Assembly (NCBI RefSeq): GCF_024521635.1
Contig: NW_026250407.1
Span: 1,612,001 to 1,676,000 of the forward strand
DNA: 64,000 nucleotides
Direction of reading: 5' to 3'
DNA from: Tricharina praecox
Taxonomy: Eukaryota
The notes beneath the pieces were generated by a model. The model saw only the letters and a list, made by a program, of their open reading frames with translations, searched no databases and was not told the origin of the DNA. Below are positions 48,116 to 60,344 of this stretch, piece by piece (position 1 is the stretch's first letter; each line of letters opens with the position of its first letter). The translations under genes were made by a program, and so were the position numbers.

Positions 48116-48806
48116 GTGGAGGGGAAGCACCACGATAAGACCCACAGTGTCACCCTTTAGGTACGACGCAAGTGCATCAGCTGTCACTCGTACGATTGCA
48201 ACCGCTGTCACTCGTTTGCTTTGGAACTCACTGTTGCTCACTCGCTGTGTCACTCGTGTTGCACACGGATCGCTGTCTCACACAGGCACAGTTTATATTC
48301 TTCGTCCTTCGCTGGCAAATACAGCATCTTTCTGATCATTCACATTTCGTCCGTTGGCTTGACTTTGTCAACGTGACACGCAGCGGAAGTCGTGCTTTGA
48401 AGGCTACAGTGATACTAGAGTGTCTGTATAATAGTAGCGGATCCCGCATCTAGTTGTGAGCACGGATTTAGCGATCATCTCCTGCCTGATGACAAAACAA
48501 CCATGTGTATCTTCAAAGATTTACGCATCTATTCCTGAAGTCTGTCCAAGGCTCGGGGTGGTCCCCGCTACTGGTAGAATGAAGAACGAGACGAAATCAA
48601 GATGTCTAGCGAAGTGCACAGGAACAATCACTCTTCACACCATTCACGGCGGAGATCACTTTACAAGACATGTGGACAAAAAGCACGCGAATGGCAGTCA
48701 ACGATTCATTATTTCTAACGATCATGGGACTGGAGCTTCAAAAGGAGGTGAAAATCCAAAAAAATAGTTCCAGATCCCACCAAACTGACTGTCCGAGGGC
48801 CTGAAC

Positions 48807-51076
48807 TCAGTAATCACGATCACTTCCATCCGATGGTTCCCCGGAGGAGCCTGGGGTCTTCTTTTCGGATGAGGGTTTCATTGTGTTAGTCGGGACTCCC
48901 ACTATCTCCTGAAGGCCTCCGTCGTTATTGGCGAGAGTGGGGCCTTCGTTCTTTTTCCTTGTGACCCGTGGCTTTTTCTCCTTGGGTTCTTCACCTGTAT
49001 CGGTGGGGCCTCCGTTGTTCAACTCGTCGAGACCTGTAGTGTTCGTGTCACTGCCTGCAGCCTTCCTCTTCCTTGTGGCGCGTTTCGTTTTCATTGCAAC
49101 TCCTCCCTGTTCCTCAGGAAGGCCTCCATCATTTAACTCGACGGGGTCTCCATTAGTATCGGTTGGGCCTTTATCGGACTTCTTTAGGGGCTTCGAAACC
49201 CGAGGTTTAGCGGGACCTGCACGGCGGCGCGGTTTGGGAGTCGGCTTGGTGTCATTCGTCTCGGTAGCATCACCATCAGACTCGTCCGTGACTTGGCCTT
49301 CGTCAGTCACATTGCGGCGTCCTGAAACCCGAGGTTTAGCGTGACATGCACGGCGGTACGGCTTTGGGGGCGGCTTCATATCATTGGTCTCGGTAACGTC
49401 ACCATCAGACTCATTCGAGACTTCCTGGTAGATCCAGTAGGTCTTCTTGGGGCGCTTTGACACTCGAGGTTTAGCGGGACCTCCACAGCGGTACGGCTTG
49501 GGGGGCGGCTTCATGTCATCGGCCTTGGTAACGTCATCGTCAGACTCGTCCGAGACTTGGCCTCTGTCGGTCATCTTGCGGCGTCCTGAAAGCCGTGATT
49601 TAGCGGGACCTGCACGGCGGTACGGCTTGCGGGTTTGCTTGAAATCATTCGTCTCGGCAACGTTATTATCGTACTCGTCTAAGACTTGGCCTTTGTTGGT
49701 TGTCTTGTGGCGTCCTAGAACCCGAGGTTTAGCGAGACCTGCACGTCGGCGCCGCTTGGGAGGTGGTTTCATCTCATTTGTCTCGGTATCATCACTGTCG
49801 GAGTGGTCCGAGAATTCCTGGCGGATCGAGAGCGGAATCCCGGACACAAAGTTCATCCTGTAGGGAGTGCCCTCCTCCGTGACGGTAACGGGGGGGACGT
49901 CAAGTTCCCACGGGGCCGTGTACTGTGTGGCGTAATCACGAGGTTGCCGGTCGATATAATCCAGATGCATCCAGTGCTTGAATAGGTATCTCTGCTCCTT
50001 CGTGAGGTCCGCCTCCGCTGACACTATCTCCTGGTGACTGATGGTAGCTTCAGACTGGCATGATACGTAGTTGGGCGTGTCCTGCGGGACGAGACATCTT
50101 AGCATCCGCGAAATCAGATGTGAGTACCGAAAACGTACACGTTCTATACTGGGCTCAAAGCTGCAGCTAGGAGCGCACACGTAGTGCTCCTCGTGCGGGG
50201 GCTGCTGGAAGAAGTCGCCGAAGGGAGCTTCAAAGATATACTTGGTCCCAACCACCTTCATCATCGACGCGTGCCCGAAAACGCAGCTTCCATGTGTTTC
50301 TCTATATCCGACTTCCATTGTGTATTTTGGTGTGACGTCATTCTGGGCGACGTTGTCCTGGATGATCTTCTTTTGGGCGATATGGCGGTCATTCCCAGGG
50401 GCCGCGTGGTGGTTGTGTTGTTGCAGGCTCGCGTTACCCATTGCTTGGTAATGCTCCTCCTGAGCCCTTTCCAACATCTCAGACAGCTGTGTTTCAGCAT
50501 CAAAATTCATAATGGCATCCCCAGCTGGAACGCCATTCGAATGGTCGAGTTCCTCAAAGCCGCGATATGAGACGGTATCTAGGTGGTCGCCGATGAGCTT
50601 TGAGACCTGAAAATCCCCGTAGGCACCCGCGTGTGGGTGCTGATAGTATGTTAGTACCGTCCAGAAAGGCGCAATAGAAGTCAATAATGGCTCACCCTCT
50701 CAAACAAATTCTGGTAAATTTGTTTGAGTTCGCCCTTACCCATTCCTTCCAGGGTTTGACGGACTCCGGCCTCGATGAGATTTAATCCGAGCTGATCAAC
50801 GTTATCAGCACCGGTAAATGCAGCCCAAACAAAAACAGGTTAACATACTTGCTTGAGAACGTCCAGATAAATCTGAACTTGGGGAGGTCTCTTCGGAACG
50901 AAGTTCACCGGGATTCCTTCATACCCCTGCCAGCCGGTGGCCCAGGATTTCGAAGGTGTATAAGCTCCATACAACCTGTCGCCTGGGAAGCGACCGTTAT
51001 TGTAGTACTCTGCCAACAGGATTGGAGCTCTTCCGGTGTCCTGCTCAACGACTAGGGGAGGGTACAAAGACGACAT
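48807..51076 (-). CDS. Hypothetical protein (718 aa), 3 exons (introns 50848-50792, 50695-50640); C-terminal half has about five 40-aa basic/acidic repeats
   Basis: In-frame splicing DVLKQ|LGLNL...NLFER|HPHAG. Repeat unit KPPPKPYRRAGPAKPRVSGRRKMTDxGQVSDESDxDVTETNDM (120 bp, about 49190-49800). Confidence 0.8.
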
Positions 51077-52618
51077 CTTCGTGGTGGTTGATGGGAGCCA
51101 ACCGAATTTGCTCTTCGGAGAGGAGGGTATGCGTGCGTGACTATATCAGTAGGAATTGGTGAGAGATCGTTGGCTGTGGGTTTGTGGTAGAAGTGGTTGG
51201 AAGGACAACGGGGCGAAGACCGAGTAGGAAGGAAGCGAAAGCATTAGAACAGCCGTGCCAGGTTATATGACGGCGTGACCACGTGGCTATAGTGGCGTAG
51301 TTTTATGCGCCGGATCGAAAAGCGTGCGAACTTGGCCTAGGCAATTGTGAGTAGGGCTCCGATTAGTTGGGTACTGCGGCTTAAAAATCTAGAGCACTAC
51401 AACCCCGCAAAGTTCAGTTTCCGCAAAGTGATAGCAGTCGCTAAGCTGTTGCTCACCTGAGGCTGTTCCCAGCACACAATCGTGCCCTACAATTCTGTCA
51501 GGCTTTTTTGGCAGCTTCACGAGATGTGAATCTTCACTAGATATCATTCGTATCGAGATTGTTCCAGCTATGCAATTACATCGCAAGCAGTTTCGTAGCG
51601 GACGACTGGAGGGCGCGGGGCGAGTGCGAGGGCGCGGGGACGAGTGCGGGGGCGGGGGCGGGACGAGTACGAATGGTAGAGAGATATACTTTCGGGAAAG
51701 GCCAGAGCGGAGGGCAGGGAGAGCCACATTGGGGCCGCCTGACGAAAGCTAGGTTGAACAGTGGCGTGGAAATGTGGGGGGGTGGGGGGAGGGGGGGGGC
51801 ACGTGTAGATGATATTGCCATGATCTAGATATGTCGCATGCAATCAATGACTGAACAAAGAGCAAGCAGCTTCGCATTGATCTAATCACACAGATGTTCT
51901 GTTGCCTCTTCCTACGAAGCAGTTCCAAATTTGACGGGAAAAACAAGGCTCCTTCACGACATCTCATTCGTATTGAGATGTATCCAGCTATAGCCTTCGT
52001 TCTGGATTTCATAATAGCCAAATATCAGGCGGCTGAATACGCATGCCAGGCCGACCGTGGTACGAAGGTTGTATACCAAGTGACATCGGCGGGTCACGTT
52101 GCGCAATCACAGGAGGATGTAGACAAATCTGCCATCTTGCGTTTTGGGAACTTGATAACCTGCTGTTGAATACCAAAGAACTGGTAGCTTGCATTTTGGG
52201 CTGCCCAGTGTCAACGTGCACAGGATGTAGAAATTCCTCCCAGAAGGGCACAGACACGGTGGGTGTATATTAGTTCGAAGATCCAACCTTCAGTGGTACC
52301 GCGAAGACAGCCAGGCTCACGTGTCGGTGTCTAACCCTGACGCCACGCTGTAGCGCCGGTGCCCTAACAGGGGCATCATTGAACGAAAAGGATGGCTTCA
52401 GCAGTAACTGTCCATACAAAACAAGGAGCCCACCCTTTCCGCATTGCCCACCGGGGAGGTTGCACCTCGGCACCACTCTATTACGCGGTGAATGCTGCCT
52501 AATTTCAAGACATCACGCAGCATGCCAGGAGAAACCACCTTTCCCGATTAAAGAGTACAGATACGCCTAAAGGACGCCGAGTACTAACGTTGCCCTGATC
52601 CACGCCCCAGCGCGCATA

Positions 52619-52837
52619 TCAAGGTCGGCCACGAGCAGCGCAACCTTCTGTACACCTGTTCACACTGCTGTCCCAGCATGGGATCCAACAGCCAAAAAAG
52701 AGGAAATAAAACCATTCACTGAGGCTTCTGGTGCGGCTTTTGGGATCAAAACAGCACCTCTGCCCACATACATGGCAGACGCGAGTGCTGTCCGGGTTCT
52801 CTGTCCAACAGCGTCCGCACATCCAGAGTCCTGGCAT
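52619..52837 (-). CDS. 72-aa protein with a RanBP2/NZF-type zinc finger and a hydrophobic Cys-rich tail
   Basis: WMCGRCWTENPDSTRVCHVC matches W-x-C-x2-C-x3-N-x6-C-x2-C exactly. Tail WFYFLFFGCWIPCW. The ORF also extends upstream to 53002. Confidence 0.6.
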   Translation of the reverse strand: MPGLWMCGRCWTENPDSTRVCHVCGQRCCFDPKSRTRSLSEWFYFLFFGCWIPCWDSSVNRCTEGCAARGRP

Positions 52838-53634
52838 GCGTAATTTTCGATCGCTTGTTCGTCGTTCTCTAAGCCGGTGGTGAGTAGGTGGCATAGACAG
52901 GGCGGCAGATGTATATGTACGGTTCGCCGAGGGAGCAGGTTGAGAGGAGTCGGTGCCCGTTAAAGACAGGCTGTCACTCTCAGACCTGTGTTTCAACGGC
53001 ATGCGACGCGAACACCACGAGCGACCATGACGTGAGCTGTTTCATGTGGATCAGTTTAAGTCGATCTCGTGGAGGGGGAACTTTGCTCGTACGTTTTTTC
53101 CTACCTATATTGGCTTGCTCTCAGCGCATGCTTCGACTCTTCGCCGTCCTCCACATCGTTCCAACCCAGACCGCCACGCCAAAACGTAGTACTACTAGCC
53201 GGGAATTCTGATAAAGAATTCACATCGATCAGCTTTTCTCCCGCAGATCCAACGTTCCCTCCCCATAAAACGTGGGAATTGCGTTCACGGTAGCCACATA
53301 CTCGATAGTATGGCGATAGAGTGTAAACAACCGAGGAGAACGTCTTCGTCGAGACAGGGCCATACACTCGCTTCCGGCAACGTGGGATTGTTCGCTAACT
53401 CTATTTTTGCTGACATTGACAGTAACATTCGTGCTGAAAGAGTTGACGTCATGATACGAGCCGGCTGTGTGCAATTTCGTTGTGTCGGGCATCCGAGCGT
53501 TCGTGATAGATCGTCAGGCTTCAGCTGGGCGGATCGGACACGCCTCGACGCCAATTTCGCGACCTCCGACGCATGACTTTGTGTATGAGGTTGCACTCGC
53601 GGGTCCGTTGCACTGAAGTTTGTGTATATCCGAC

Positions 53635-54124
53635 CAGGGCTGTCAACCGTCCGTCCCGTCCGTCTTTGAGGTTGCCCGGCCCGGGACGGAGTTAGTCGGG
53701 CTGAGGAGACCAAGGACTGCAGTCTTCCGGGCTGGTGAGCTGAGGACGGATACCCTACAGGGCTTAGAATTTACTGGGACACTAGGACACTGCTAGCAGC
53801 GTGGCGCCACACAGTGGCGCTGGTGTGCAGATGTGTGGCTGTGCACCTCTATCTCGCAGTGTCTCTCACGGTATAGAACTTTTACACCATCCGCGTTCCT
53901 ACTTCCAGCATTGTCTATCACCTGAGCGTTTGACGACTCTGAAAATTATGCTCAAGGCTGAAAATTCTGTTGGTAGTTACCGCGCTACTCCGCAAACTAG
54001 TAGTCAGCATAGCACGCTAATGCTATAGGTACCTGGCGGGTATCGGGGCTTTTCGTCCTCCGGACGGAATGGATCAGTCCTCTGGAAAGCCTGCCCGGGA
54101 CGGGACGGACGGTTGGCAGCCCTT
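53635..54124 (-). mobile_element. hAT-type MITE family B, copy 3 (complete, inverted relative to copy 1)
   Basis: TIR cagggctgtcaaccgtccgtccc / gggacggacggttggcagccctt. Perfect TSD tatccgac (53627-53634, 54125-54132). Confidence 0.95.
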
Positions 54125-55574
54125 TATCCGACGAAACCGGCGTTGTGATTCGGGGGTAACGATGCGGTGTTGGCTGCCACGGGAGAGAAACAGACTGCGG
54201 GACAGGCTGTCAGTTGCCGATATATGTGTAAAAGCAGTCTGGGTGACGTACTAACAAAGGAGGGATGTCACTGCTCACATGACCTCAATATTCTTCAGGC
54301 TCCATCTTTATCCGTCACAAACCCTACGAGATTGTCCCCGATGTTTGCCGATGTGACGATGGTTGCCACAGACACCCGTTGAGGTGTTGTAGGAAGACGG
54401 AGGACTGATGGACGGCACGGCCGGACTCAAGGAACTGTGATGCGAAAGCGGAGACCCAAGACAAGGAGACCCAAAAATGATGGGACGAAAACGGTGATGA
54501 ATTGTGTGGGTTGTCAATGACGATATGCGTGATGTTGCAGAGAATGACTAGGACGAACAAGATGAAGAGTCAGACCATCATAGGAACAATGGAATACAAC
54601 TCAACGTTGACCCTCCGCATCGGGTATGATCCTAGTCGCACCCCCGTAACAGCAACACTGAGTCGCCTGGAACCCCGCACTCCTTCACTGTCTAACAAAC
54701 GGTCGTAACAGACCGTAACAAGCTCCAGTGACGTCATGCAGTCCAGCTACACTATCAAGAAAGGCACTGGTCCCTCGGTCGGCTTCCGTTACCTGACACA
54801 TCACTCGTCTATCGCTTGTCTATCACTCGCATATCCCGTGCAGCTCACCTGCTTCTCCAGTCTTCCGTCATGCCTTTTATTTGTCCATCACGTGCCGATA
54901 CTACAATTTGAGCTCCCTCCTCTCAACGGCATAAAGCAAGGACGCAAGGATAGATACTATTCTCACAGCCGTAGCCTTTGCCGAGCTTCCCGGAAAACAT
55001 CACCGCCGGCAACCTCAGCTCATCAATTCCACTGAAGTGCATGACGAAAGCAATGCAGTACGGTTTGTGCGAGGTGCGAGAATACCATTTATTAACTTCA
55101 AGTGTATCGGAAATGATTATATTCGACAAACTGTGTATGACCTCTGGACAGGAAAGAACTATGGGGATTGCAGATGGAACAAAAATGAGATCTGATTGAG
55201 ACGACAGGCAACGTGGGCTTCACGACAGCGAATCAGAATGTCATTCTTTGCGCATAGTGAAGTCCCATCCCCCAAAAAGAAAACCGAAAGACAGAAAGCA
55301 CGCACAAGTACATGTCGGGAAAAAATAATACCATGAAATGAAATGCCAAAAGAGTGACTGGGGATCGGTGCAGGGAACGGAAAAAGTTTGCATGAAAGCG
55401 TAATTCACTATTGTGAAGAAGAAAAAAAGGACTCGGATAATGTCAAAGGCGATGCCCAACAGAAATGATGTGAACCGCAGCTTAGTCGCAGAAAGTTAGC
55501 AGAACATTACCGGCATTAGGAGAAAGAATCTTACCTCGACTCTGTGATTAGCTCGCAGAGCGGTCTCCCGGGAA

Positions 55575-57119
55575 TCAATCCCGTTTAACTCGCTTTGGCG
55601 CGGGAAGTTCGTTGAGGTTCGGAAATCTGTGTTTCGGGGACTTCATAGGCGGGGGAAGTCTCGCGAGACCGTCGCTGGTGTAGACGCCGAAGTCGTTGAT
55701 TAGCGAGGTGTGGCCAGCTGACGTAGCGCAGTCGGGTATGTTCTCGCTTGGGCTGTGTTCGCCCTCATGGGCCACGGCTTTTTCGGTAACCGTGGTAGCC
55801 GTACGGGGCTGTATGCTGTTGGAGGTAGTTGGATTACCGGCAGCAATGGCATGGGTCCGTGTTCCTCTGTAGCGGACATCCGCCGACGGGGTTCCATGAG
55901 TGTAGATTTCTTCTATGCCCGTATGGTCGTCGTGCGGTGTCCCATTCGAATCGCCGCCCATGCCGTGAAGCGTCGCGGCAGTCCCGTCGTTGGCCGAACA
56001 GCCACCGATATCTCCCAGGGGAACGGAATATTTTGGCCCATCTGGGGTATTTGGGACGAATAAGGCTTCCTGTTTGGCGACCGTCCGCCGCCCACCGCTG
56101 TCAGCGTCGTCCAGACTGTCATCGCGGACCCCGCGGTGGTTCAGACGCACCCGCCGTCGCTCGAAGGCTGTTAAGTCTTCGACACACTTTTTCATTTCAG
56201 AGTAATCGAGACGGTCCACTTCATGAGCTCCTTCGTGGTTGCCAACAATGCTTGTGTCACGAAGGCAGACGTTTCCTGGGGGATTGCTGGCCTGTCCCTT
56301 CCTGTTCGTGGCTGGCGAGGGGACGAGATAGTTTGAAGCCGCAGTCTTTCGCTTGTTGTAATCTTTGCACAGTGCCACATTCTCTTCATCAATAACCCCA
56401 TAGCCAACCTCCGTCCTCTCTGCTCCTTCGTCTTTCTCACAGCAACCTTCACCATCGGCGTGATCCTTTAACACGTCTTGCTTCTGACGGCTAGTGACTC
56501 CCGGAGCCGTGGGCTCATTTCGATCTTTGTGGCTGCCAACCAAATCCAACATGTCGGCAGCTCTCTCATCAGCGGCGGTGTGCGTAACTTTCGCTTTTCG
56601 TGACCGAGATCCGTCTCCCCGATAGTCGGGATCAGCGTCTGAGTCGTCATAGTCGTCCACGTCCTGCACCGTATATGAAATCACGATCTTTCGGCGAGTA
56701 CTTCTTCGTGGTTCGTCTTGCTCTGGAGCTACCTGTTTGCTCTTCTTCGGCTTTGCAGCGGTAGCCTTCGCAGGTTTCTTCTTCCGTGGAGCAGATGCAG
56801 GGCGACGGGTATGCAGGGTGGACTTTGGGGGGATGGAGGGCGGCCGAGAGACAGTAGTGCTGACGATTGCTGCACGAGGGGTAGCTGGCGGAATCGGAGC
56901 TTCTTCCTGCACAGTGTGTGTAGCTGGCGTGGCAGACGGCGATGCACTCGGTATCGGACGGGGAGCTCGAGCTGTGGCTACTACAGTCAGTATCTGCGAT
57001 GTTTGATAGCAAAACTCAATGTTTGCAGGCTACATACCATGGGAGGTCGCATGCCTCTTTTCGGGCTTTGCTGGGCGATGTCGCACCCGTCGGTCGACAC
57101 GGTGGGTAAAGCGTGCCAT
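55575..57119 (-). CDS. Low-complexity hypothetical protein, probably nuclear (about 495 aa), 2 exons (intron 57037 to about 56981)
   Basis: MARFTHRVDRRVRHRPAKPEKRHATSH spliced through gtatgt...ctgac...tag in frame to the 445-aa ORF. NLS-like PRKKKP and PAPKRVKRD. Confidence 0.7.
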
Positions 57120-57995
57120 GGTAGATGGACTGATCAGGCGAATGTCAGCTTTCTAAAACCGGTCTGATGCTTCGTTTATGTTGTGAGCGGCATCACCTGT
57201 ATTTGACCTCAGTTGGAGATACTTACTCGGTTTTGACGTAGGCCTTCGGGTTTGTGGTTGAAAGAGGCAGGGTCGAGATGGCGAGGCTAATGGGAGGGTG
57301 GAATAGATCGTGGTGTAGTTGTAAGGGCGTTTAGAGGAAGAATAAAACCAGTAATTCGCACGTAAAACGGCGGTAGTTAGTGTAGAAATGTATCCATGGA
57401 AGTAGGTGATTGTAGAAGCTTCGAGTGGAAGTTCAGAGCTCTGCCCCGGATGAACTTTGCACCATCATCAGTTGATCGATTTTTGCTCCTACACATGCGA
57501 ATCGACAGTCCAAGTCCAACAAATATCACTTCCCGTATAGAGAAAAACGGGATGGGTATTTCGTCCGGTTCTGTGGATTTTGTGGCTACGATAGTCGAAA
57601 GATACAGCGGTCATCGTCGAGTTTGACCATTCCTTCATTCTAGAGGAGGGCATTCCGTGCTAGGAGCGGGGCGATCCCTTTCTCGGCGGTGAATTTCCAT
57701 TCTAGGACTCCTGCAGCTCCACGAAGTTTTCGCGGACGGACTGGTGTGCCAGGAAAGCCTTCTCTCGCTTCCTTCCTTCCTTCCTTCATTCCTCTCTTCT
57801 CCACTCCACTTCCTTCAACTCCTCTGCTTTCCACACCACTCCTCCTCTTTCCACATCACTCCTCTCCACTCCGCTCGACTCTAGTCTGTGGTATCTCCAA
57901 TCTAGCTGCTCTCATAATTTGATCGTCTGTTACAAATTCTCCAACGCCCAATGGATTCTCAAAGGCTTACACCTCGTTAGGAATCCATCTCCAAC

Positions 57996-59105
57996 ATGTC
58001 CACCCCTCGCCTCCCCCACGTGGACACCCCAGAGGACGGCCAGTCAAGCACCGAGAATAGGGCCGTTGCTAATGGTTCGGCACCAGTTCCTCTATAGCAA
58101 GCGTCTCATACTAATCATCCTCGCAGTGCAACGCAGAGGTGCCATTCCAGCCTCCAGGCTGGCCACCATTGCTAAACGGCCCGAGGTGAAGCATCGTGTC
58201 AACAGGCAAAAGGGAGACTGGCATAGATGGGCTATTGTAGTCGAAAATCCTCACGAGGATGATGAGGCCGCCGACGAGCGCGGTGTTACTCGTTGGAGCA
58301 GTACGTCATCTATGCTAGTTTCGATCGTCTTAGAAGTTGATGCTGACCTGATTTAGAAAGCTCCCGCACCGCTTCCGCCACTACGGCGGGGAAGCGTAGG
58401 ATGGTGGCGGTCCTCGTGGCCGAGCGCCGCAAGGACGGCGACGGAGGTATATAACTAGTTGCAACCTAAATCTTAAAAACAATGACTGATATGGTGTCGC
58501 AAAAGATATTTCGGTGGTCGTCGGCGGAAAGCAGGCCGACAACAGGTCCGACGTTGGGCCGTCTCCCAGCAGGGGTATCTCACCTCTGCAGTGATGAATA
58601 TTGACATTGGGTGCTGATCTCATACATTGACAGATGCTTGGGAAATGGTCGACGATGATGACGAGGAGGAGGGGGGTGTCCTCCTCGTCAGCGACAGCGA
58701 GGATGATGGTGATTCAATCACCTCTGGCACCAGTGGTCAAACCCGTAAGTTTCCACACGATACATTATGGAAGTAACTAACATCTTCCAGCTACCAGACC
58801 GATTCCGATTCCCGGTGGTCCAATGGCAGCCAATACCGCGATGCAGTCCGCTGAGCCACAGTTGGGACAGATCACGACACCAGGTATTTTCTTCTGCTCT
58901 ACCATTCGATAATAATGTCTAATAGCGGGCAGATGATGATTCTCCGCTCTCCAAGCCAGTCAACACATGCGGACCCACCACTGAGTCCGAAAGCGAGGAC
59001 GAATGGTTTTCTATGTATGGGTATGCTGCCGCGGAGCGCCTACTTGAGAGCATCCGAACAGCTATGCTCGACAACAATGACGCGCCATATGTTCTCCCGA
59101 ACTGA
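57996..59105 (+). CDS. Hypothetical protein (262 aa), 7 exons; introns 58075-58126, 58301-58356, 58447-58505, 58575-58633, 58745-58790, 58884-58932
   Basis: Six GT..AG introns of 46-59 nt, each with a ctaat/ctgac/ctgat/ctaac branch site. Removing them gives a stop-free frame from MSTPRLPH to APYVLPN*. Confidence 0.8.
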
Positions 59106-60344
59106 TTTGTTTCTGCATTTTCTGGTGTTTGGCTTGCTTAGGTGTTTCTGTTTTTTTCTTGTGTTTGGCTTGCTTCGGTGTTTCCCTTCTTCTTTTCATT
59201 CTTATCTTTTCCATATGCATTTCTTCTCCCTCCTGTTTTTCTTCTCATTCTTACTATTTTTATATGCCTTTCTTCTCCCTACCATTTCACCTTTACTTGT
59301 CGTTTCCTTTATTCTCTTTTGATTTTCGTTTGCATCTATTTTTCTTCTTCCTCCCCATCCTATTTTAATTATTTTCATTTTAATATACTTCATTCCCCGT
59401 TTAATCCTCTCTTGACTCTTGCGTTTCTTATCCTCGCGTCTTTTGTACAATACTACTACACAGCAGTGTCCCCAGAGATTATTTGCTGCGGGGACAATGA
59501 CATGACTTGCGGTGGCTATCTCTGACAAACTGCACCCACATTACCGTACTCCGAGATAATGGTTGATAAACAGTAACGGGGGTAACTACACTAGGTGCTA
59601 TTATCGGAATGACGTCCGTGTCCCCTGTAGGGAGCCCGAAAGTGAGAGTCGTGGACGGTGGCGGCGGTGTTGCATAGCGTCCTTGAGAAGAAGTGCCAAA
59701 TAGTGGCCAACAGCGAGACAATTCTCCTTGTTCCAGGATGCAGGCTACACAACTGAACTACACCTACCACCGCCTCACTATCATCTCTAAATACCAGCTG
59801 GCGTTCCTCAACTTGACGGCGAACAAATCCTTGCTACTACTCTGTTACCAACTCTTCCCCCAACTCCCTGCTCCCCCCCAGTGGGCTGCATTCGTTTTCG
59901 CCGTCTACGGATTGAGCTTGTGGCTGTCGTTCTCCTGCATAGTAGTACCTATTCCACATCGCCCATACTACACAACTCCGTGCACGATACCTCCTCTAGT
60001 TCCAACGAACTTCGATCCAGAAAGCAGCCGTACAGCGTTCCTTCAACATTGATCCTCGAGATACAGCCATTCCTGCCACCCGGTTTTCCCGGAACTAACA
60101 CGTGTCGGATACATCTTTTACGGTAACTACTTCGGTCCCAGTTATAATAATCATTATCTTAATTCAGCACGCAACTGCCAGTCCTACAATGCCAGCCCGC
60201 GAAAGACATTCCCCGCTCTCGGCTTCTTCAAAAATCGTCAGTCGTTATTCAGACTTGTCGCTGCTGCAGAGACATGTAATGTCACTCGCTAAGCGAGTGA
60301 CCATCGGTGAAGATTTTCGTTTGAAAGTTGAAACACGGAGCAGC

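Noticed and set aside
58915..59528. Hydrophobic or Lys-rich ORFs in several frames
   Set aside because: Artefacts of a T-rich low-complexity 3' region downstream of the 7-exon gene.
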